Below are positions 58,923-64,000 of a stretch of DNA of 64,000 bases, piece after piece. A program made the position numbers and the translations under genes. The DNA comes from an uncultured Mycobacteriaceae bacterium (GTDB lineage Bacteria > Pseudomonadota > Alphaproteobacteria > DSM-16000 > Inquilinaceae): contig CAZTHL010000008.1 of NCBI GenBank assembly GCA_964613585.1, positions 8,874 to 72,873 on the forward strand. The letters are read 5' to 3'. The notes under the pieces were generated by a model. It had not been told where the DNA came from, ran no database searches, and saw only the letters and a program-made list of their open reading frames with translations. Numbering within the stretch: position 1 is the stretch's first letter; every line of letters begins with the position of its first letter.

Positions 58923-58933
58923 CCTCCGCCCCC

Positions 58934-59422
58934 TCACTGCACGGTGTAGCCGCGGCCGCTCATGCAGGCGCCGAAGGCCCGCTGAAAGCTCTGCTGGCGA
59001 GCGCGCCAGGCGGCCTGCGACTGGGCCTGGAGCTGCTCGTATTCCCGGTTCGTGCGCATCTTGTTGAACAGCCCGGCGCCGGCGCCGACCCCGGCGCCGA
59101 TCTTGGCGCCGCGCCCGGCCCCACCGCCGATGGCGCCGCCGATCGCGCCGAGGGCCGCGCCGGTCGCGGCCCCGCCCAGCACCTCGCCGCCGCCGCCGCG
59201 GCGCACCTGGGGCGGCGGCTCGCCCGGATTGACCCCGGTCTGCCCCTGCGCCCAGGAGCGGCAGGCCGCCTCGTCGGCCGCCTGCTGCTCGGGCGATTGG
59301 CCCTCGCTCGGATAGACGAACTGCGCCGCCGCAGGGGGCGTCCCCGTCATCAGCGCGGCCAGCAGCGCAAGCCCGCCGGCCGCGGCCACGGCACGCGGCC
59401 GGCGGATCAACCTGTCGCCCAT
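58934..59422 (-). CDS. Secreted glycine-zipper protein
   Basis: Signal peptide, GGAATGAALGAIGGAIGGGAGRGAKIGAGVGAGAG glycine zipper, C-terminal CMSGRGYTV. 11 nt upstream of the next gene. Confidence 0.65.
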   Translation of the reverse strand: MGDRLIRRPRAVAAAGGLALLAALMTGTPPAAAQFVYPSEGQSPEQQAADEAACRSWAQGQTGVNPGEPPPQVRRGGGGEVLGGAATGAALGAIGGAIGGGAGRGAKIGAGVGAGAGLFNKMRTNREYEQLQAQSQAAWRARQQSFQRAFGACMSGRGYTVQ

Positions 59423-59498
59423 GATGAGATGCCTCCCGGGGTCGCCTCGTGGGGTCGCCTCTCTTAGCACAACCCCGGCAGGGAGAGGACGGTACCAC

Positions 59499-59572
59499 TA
59501 TGCGCCAATTCCGGATCGGTATGCGCAAATTCCGGACCGCTATGAGCAAATTCCGGACCGGATGCGGATCGG
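59499..59572. repeat. 21-bp tandem repeat x3.5 (iteron-like) in a promoter region
   Basis: TATGCGCCAATTCCGGATCGG / TATGCGCAAATTCCGGACCGC / TATGAGCAAATTCCGGACCGG / ATGCGGATCGG. It lies 77-150 nt upstream of the ATG at 59422. Confidence 0.9.
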
Positions 59573-59822
59573 CAGGACGGGGCGAGGATCGGACAGGCCG
59601 GACCGCCGCTCCGGCGTGCGGCTCGACCCGGTCACGAGGGGCCTTCCGAGAGCGCAGAAGCCGATGGCACAGGCGGCCGGCTCGGCAGCGGCGCACCGGC
59701 CGCCCCGGTCCCGGCGCCCCTCATCCTCCCGGGACGCGGAGACCCCGGGCCAGGCCGACCCGACCCCACGCCTTTCGGTGTCTCGTCCGGGCGCGTTGCC
59801 GTCCGTCTGGTGCGTGCTCCGG

Positions 59823-62135
59823 CTACGCGGCGCTCGCCTCCCGGACGACACGGCCGATCTCGGCCTCGGTCAGGCCGACGCCGTCGAACTGCAGATGCAG
59901 GCGGCCGCGGCCACCGCCGCGGACCATGGCGCGGCAGCGCCACCCGGCCGCCGGCACCTCGACCGAGACCGCCGTGCCGGACGCGAGATCCGGCGCGCCG
60001 GACAGCTGCATACCGCCGGTCGAGACATCGACCACGCGGACGTCGTAGGGCACCATCCCGGCGACCATGCGCGCCGCCAGGTCGGCGGGGTGACGCGGGC
60101 TGGCCCGCCGGTCGGCGTCGGCGGTGGCGGTGCGCACGATCTGGTTCAGGCTGCTCTGCAGGCCGCGGACATCCTGGGTCAGCGCGGCCGCGACCGTGCG
60201 CACCCGCTCGGCCTGGGCGCCGGTGCGCTCCGCGGCGGCGGATACGGTGTCCATGCGGCCGGTGACATCGCGCGAGGCGCCGGCGGTCTCCTCGACGTTG
60301 CGGGCGATCTCGTGCGTCGCCGCAGTCTGCTGCTCGACGGCGGCGGCGATGGTCGAGGCGATGGCGCCGATCTCGTCGATCGTGCTCGAGACCTCGCCGA
60401 TGGCCTGCCCGGCCTTGCGGGACACGTCCTGGATCGCCTGCACCTGCTCGGTGATCTCGGCGGTGGATCGGGCGGTCTGCGTCGCCAGGCTCTTCACCTC
60501 GCCGGCGACGATGGCGAAGCCCTTGCCGGCCTCGCCGGCCCGCGCCGCCTCGATCGACGCGTTGAGCGCCAGGAGGTTGGTGCGCGCGGCGATGTCGCCG
60601 ATGACGTCGACCACCTTGCCGATCCGGCCCGCGCTCTCCGCCAGGCCGCGCACCACCTCGCGGGTCTCGCCGGCGAGGCCGACGGCGCGGCCGGCGACCT
60701 CGTTCGAATGGGCAACCTGACGGCCGATCTCGGCGATCGACGCGGCGAGCTCGCCGGCGGCGGCGGACACCGTCTGCGCCGTGCCGAGCGCCTCGCCGGC
60801 GGCCGAGGCGGCGCTGCCGGCCTCGCCCACCATCGTCGCCATCGACCCGGCCATCTCCGCCGACAGCCCGGCCATCTCCTGCGCCTCGCCGGCGACGACG
60901 CCGACCACCTGGACGGTCTCGGCCTCGACATGGTCGGCCATGTCCTGGACCGCGGCGCGCCGCTCCTCGGCGGCGTGGGAGGCGTCGACCTGCGCGCTCC
61001 GCAGGCGGCGGCGTTCGGCGGCGTTGTCCTTGAGCACGGCCAGCGCCGCGGCCATCGCGCCGATCTCGTCCCGGCGCCGGGTCGGCGGCACCTCGACCGC
61101 CGGGTCGTCGGCGGCCAGCCGGCGCATGGCCTCGGTCATGTGCTCCACCGGCCGGCCAATGCCGCGGTTCATGCGCCAGGCCATGACCACGGCGAGCAGC
61201 AGCATGGCGGCGAAGATGGCGAGGGTCAGGTTGCGCGCCTCGATCAGGGCGTGGTCGAGATGGCCGCGGTCACGGGCGACGACGCCGACGCCGATCGCCT
61301 CGCCGCTGAAGTCCGTGATCGGCATGACCAGCGCCGCGGCCTCGCCGCCGCGCAGATCAAGGCGCGGCAGCAGCGCCCCGCCGTCCAGGCCGCGCCTCAG
61401 GGTGCCGTCGTCAAGCGTGGTGCTTGACGGGAAGGTGCCGGCATAGGTCTCGAAGCCGCCGTCGCCGGTCTCCAGGAACAGGCCGATGTCGGCGCCGGTG
61501 GCGGCGCGGAACGTCTCGAAGAAGCGCTCGTCGACGGCGAGGCCCAGCTCGACCGAGCCGACCGCCCGGCCCTGGTGGCGCACCGGCACGACGCCGCGCA
61601 CGCCCAGGCCGGCGACGCCGCGCTCGAGGCCGTAGCGGGCCTCGCCGGTCCGGTTCACCTCGACCACGGTACGGCGGAAGCCGGACAGATCGTCACCGTG
61701 CCGGTCGGGCCGGTGCACGCGCAGGAACGAGGTGGCGGGCGGCAGGTGGATCTGGAACTGGCGGACGCCGTGCGCCTCGTTCAGGCGGGCGAACCCGGGA
61801 ACGAGCAGGTCGGCCAGGGCCGCGCGGTCGCGCGCCGCCAGCGCCTGCTGCACCGCCGGCAGGCCGGCGACCAGCTCGGCCATGCCGACCGCGCGGCGGG
61901 CCTCGGCCGCCAGCTCGGTGGACAGGGTGACGCCGAGATCGTGGAGCTCGTCCTCGAGCATGCGCTCGCCGATGTCCGCGGCGACCAGGTAGCCGGCAGC
62001 GCCGCTGGCGGCTACCGCGACCGCCAGCGTGCCGGCCAGCCAGAGCGCCAGGCGCGCGCCGATTCGAAGAGTCTGGAAGGGCACGATCCGCTGCTCCCTG
62101 GCGTCCCCGCCGCCGCTCGGCCTTCGGGGCGCCAT
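59823..62135 (-). CDS. Methyl-accepting chemotaxis protein with periplasmic Cache-like sensor, HAMP and C-terminal PilZ domain
   Basis: ATG at 62135, two TM segments. MA signalling hairpin ([37 protein letters not shown]). C-terminal RRASPR...DVSTGG matches the PilZ RxxxR / DxSxxG motifs. Confidence 0.88.
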   Translation of the reverse strand: MAPRRPSGGGDAREQRIVPFQTLRIGARLALWLAGTLAVAVAASGAAGYLVAADIGERMLEDELHDLGVTLSTELAAEARRAVGMAELVAGLPAVQQALAARDRAALADLLVPGFARLNEAHGVRQFQIHLPPATSFLRVHRPDRHGDDLSGFRRTVVEVNRTGEARYGLERGVAGLGVRGVVPVRHQGRAVGSVELGLAVDERFFETFRAATGADIGLFLETGDGGFETYAGTFPSSTTLDDGTLRRGLDGGALLPRLDLRGGEAAALVMPITDFSGEAIGVGVVARDRGHLDHALIEARNLTLAIFAAMLLLAVVMAWRMNRGIGRPVEHMTEAMRRLAADDPAVEVPPTRRRDEIGAMAAALAVLKDNAAERRRLRSAQVDASHAAEERRAAVQDMADHVEAETVQVVGVVAGEAQEMAGLSAEMAGSMATMVGEAGSAASAAGEALGTAQTVSAAAGELAASIAEIGRQVAHSNEVAGRAVGLAGETREVVRGLAESAGRIGKVVDVIGDIAARTNLLALNASIEAARAGEAGKGFAIVAGEVKSLATQTARSTAEITEQVQAIQDVSRKAGQAIGEVSSTIDEIGAIASTIAAAVEQQTAATHEIARNVEETAGASRDVTGRMDTVSAAAERTGAQAERVRTVAAALTQDVRGLQSSLNQIVRTATADADRRASPRHPADLAARMVAGMVPYDVRVVDVSTGGMQLSGAPDLASGTAVSVEVPAAGWRCRAMVRGGGRGRLHLQFDGVGLTEAEIGRVVREASAA

Positions 62136-62230
62136 GGTTCCGCGCAAGCCCTTACCAAGCGGTAAGCGGATGCGACCGGCAGGGGAAACTGGGCCCGGCG
62201 CCGGGGCCGGCCGCGCGCAGTCTCGCATTT

Positions 62231-62857
62231 CTATGGCGACGGCAGGGCCAGGTGGACGGCAAGGCCGATCAGCAGCAGCCCGGCGGCGGCGCGCGCCAGC
62301 CGCTGCGCCCGGGCCGAGCGCTCGAGCCGGGCGATCAGGCTGCCGGCCAGCGCCACGCAGATCAGGTCGGCCGAGGAGAACAGCAGGTTGACCACCGTGC
62401 CCAGCGCCAGAAGCTGCGCCCATACCGGCAGCGCCGCCGCCGGGTCGACGAACTGCGGCAGAAAGGCCAGGAAGAACAAGGCCGACTTCGGATTTAGCAC
62501 CTCGATCAGGACGCTGTCACGGAAGGCGCGCCGCTCCGGCCGAGGCCCGGGCCGGGGCCGCGTGCCGGAGGCGGGCCACAGCATCAGCCGCAGGCCGAGC
62601 AGCGCCAGATAGCCGGCGCCGATCAGCTTCACGGCCAGGAACAGGGCGGGCACCGTGTGGAACAGCACCGCCAGGCCGGCCGCCGCCGTGGCCACATGGG
62701 CATAGCCGCCCAGATGCAGGCCGAGCGCCGCCATCAGCCCGGCACGGCGGCCCCAGGCCAGGGTCTGCGCCGCGGCGAACAGCATGCCCGGCCCGGGCAG
62801 GTAGGCGAACACCGCGGTCGCCGCCAGGAACGCCAGGAGCAGCTCGGTCGAAGGCAT
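62231..62857 (-). CDS. LysE/RhtB-family amino-acid exporter
   Basis: ATG at 62857. YLPGPGMLF and [15 protein letters not shown] motifs. 208 aa. Confidence 0.82.
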   Translation of the reverse strand: MPSTELLLAFLAATAVFAYLPGPGMLFAAAQTLAWGRRAGLMAALGLHLGGYAHVATAAAGLAVLFHTVPALFLAVKLIGAGYLALLGLRLMLWPASGTRPRPGPRPERRAFRDSVLIEVLNPKSALFFLAFLPQFVDPAAALPVWAQLLALGTVVNLLFSSADLICVALAGSLIARLERSARAQRLARAAAGLLLIGLAVHLALPSP

Positions 62858-63032
62858 GGAGGCTCGCCTTTCCGTGCCGGGCAGCCGGCGCGCCACCGGT
62901 CCATCAACGCGTGGGCGGGCCGCGAAGGCCGCTCGCCCCGGCGCCGGCGGCTCGGCCTCGCCGGCCGTTTCCCGACCATGGCATGATCCGCCCACCGCCG
63001 GCAGGCCCCGTCCCGCCGGCGAGCCGCCCCTG

Positions 63033-63082
63033 GAGCGCTTCCGCCTGACGCGGAAGCGGCACCTTGAACCGGAAACCCCCTA
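63033..63082 (+). repeat. MITE/REP-like repeat, copy H (internally deleted mini copy)
   Basis: GAGCGCTTCCGCCTGACGCGGAAGCGGCACCTTGAACCGGAAACCCCCTA. The terminal CTA (63080-63082) is the TAG stop of the TauE gene. Confidence 0.65.
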
Positions 63083-63832
63083 GAGCGGCGGCAGCAGCTG
63101 GCGGGCCAGGATGTAGAGGCCGAGGACGAGCAGCGCGGTGAAGAACAGGGGCCGGAACCAGGCCTCCGGCAGGCGCGAGCGGCCGCGCTGGCCGAGCCAC
63201 ATGCCGCCGACCGTGGGCAGGATGGCCAGGAACGACATCAGGCCGAGTTCGACGCTGAGCAGGCCGTGGTCGGCGAGCGAGAGGCCGAGGGCGACGGTGG
63301 AGGTGAGGAACAGCACGCCCATGGCCTGCACCAGCACGTCGCGCGACAGGCCGAGCGCCTGCATGTAGAGCACCCCGGGCACAACGAAGGTGCCGGTCAG
63401 GCCGGTGACCATGCCGCCGACCGCGCCTACCGACGGGCTCAGCCAGCGCTCCTTGTCGCCCGGCGGCGGCACCTGCGGCGTCGCCAGGCTGAGCGAGGCG
63501 TACAGGCACAGCACGGTGCCGAGCAGCACGGTGAGCACCGCCGTGTCGGTCTCGGCCGACAGCCCGGCGCCGATCCAGATGCCGAGGCAGGCGACCGCGA
63601 GCAGCGGCCACAGCCGGCCGAGGATCGCCCGCAGCGCGCCGCCGGCTACCGCCTGCCAGAAATTGGTGACGACGGAGGGCAGCAGCATGAGCGCCACCGC
63701 CTCGCGGAAGCCGATGGTCGCGGTCAGCAGGGCAAGCGCGATGGTCGGCAGGCCGAAGCCGACGAGCCCCTTCACGAAGCCGGCGATGAGGAAGGTGGCG
63801 GCGATCAGCAGCAGCGTCTCGGGCGGGGCCAT
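63080..63832 (-). CDS. TauE/SafE-family sulfite/anion exporter
   Basis: 250-aa polytopic protein. FVKGLVGFGLPTIAL and GTFVVPGVLYMQALGL are typical of the family. Confidence 0.8.
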   Translation of the reverse strand: MAPPETLLLIAATFLIAGFVKGLVGFGLPTIALALLTATIGFREAVALMLLPSVVTNFWQAVAGGALRAILGRLWPLLAVACLGIWIGAGLSAETDTAVLTVLLGTVLCLYASLSLATPQVPPPGDKERWLSPSVGAVGGMVTGLTGTFVVPGVLYMQALGLSRDVLVQAMGVLFLTSTVALGLSLADHGLLSVELGLMSFLAILPTVGGMWLGQRGRSRLPEAWFRPLFFTALLVLGLYILARQLLPPL

Positions 63833-64000
63833 GGGCGGAGCTCGGGAAGGGGCGCGCCGGGAGCCGCGGCGCGGCCGGGATCAGCAGGGAAAGGCCGGCT
63901 GCGCCGACGGGAACGCGAGGGTCGGGTGGGCGACGACCGCGGTCTGGATGCCGGAGCCGACGGGTCGGGCCACGCCGCCTTCAGCCATCGGCTACCCGAT

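Noticed and set aside
63881-63988. A 35-codon minus-strand ORF at the window edge (MAEGGVARPVGSGIQTAVVAHPTLAFPSAQPAFPC), considered as a possible RiPP precursor or leader peptide.
   Set aside because: It is too short, has no recognisable family, and its genomic context lies beyond the window end. It cannot be supported.

Overview
This is a high-GC bacterial chromosomal segment (roughly 70% G+C by eye). Its gene content fits an alphaproteobacterium best: RpoH, a NepR-like ORF behind a GGAAC-N16-AGTT promoter, a PilZ-tailed chemoreceptor and several TRAP systems. I call about 50 credible protein genes. I found no rRNA or tRNA, no CRISPR, no intact IS element and no prophage. All calls come from reading the supplied ORF translations and the DNA by eye; no searches were run. 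Main blocks: (1) 4.5-16.0 kb holds divergent hypF-hypD-hypE and a tightly coupled nine-gene operon. That operon encodes a cytosolic, group-3b-like (sulfhydrogenase-type) [NiFe]-hydrogenase, its endopeptidase and hypABC. A perfect TTGAT-N4-ATCAA FNR/FixK box sits at class II distance upstream. A stand-alone cyclic-nucleotide-binding-fold ORF with no DNA-binding domain lies between the two diaphorase-like subunits. This ORF is my top candidate for unexplained biology. (2) The rest is housekeeping, envelope and stress genes: lpdA, ubiA, mepA, pmbA, rpoH, rsmI-like, cfa, cbiB, egtBD, a class II photolyase, two 2-hydroxyacid dehydrogenase paralogs, two 917-aa P-type ATPase paralogs, a DctPQM TRAP system, and Bcr/CflA MFS, LysE and TauE exporters. 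(3) Signalling genes include a 1109-aa SAM / class III cyclase / P-loop STAND / TPR protein, a Cache-HAMP-MCP with a C-terminal PilZ domain, and a NepR-like ORF convergent with an ECF sigma factor. (4) Non-genic structure is rich. A ~130-bp palindromic MITE/REP-like family has at least 8 copies, and its CTA terminus coincides with the TAG stop codon of five neighbouring genes. One copy interrupts a methyltransferase gene, and removing 127 bp by hand restores the frame. A second GC hairpin repeat is present, along with a decayed vapBC/fitAB-like remnant and many short head-to-tail duplications (13-25 bp). These include a 21-bp x3.5 iteron-like array in a promoter region.
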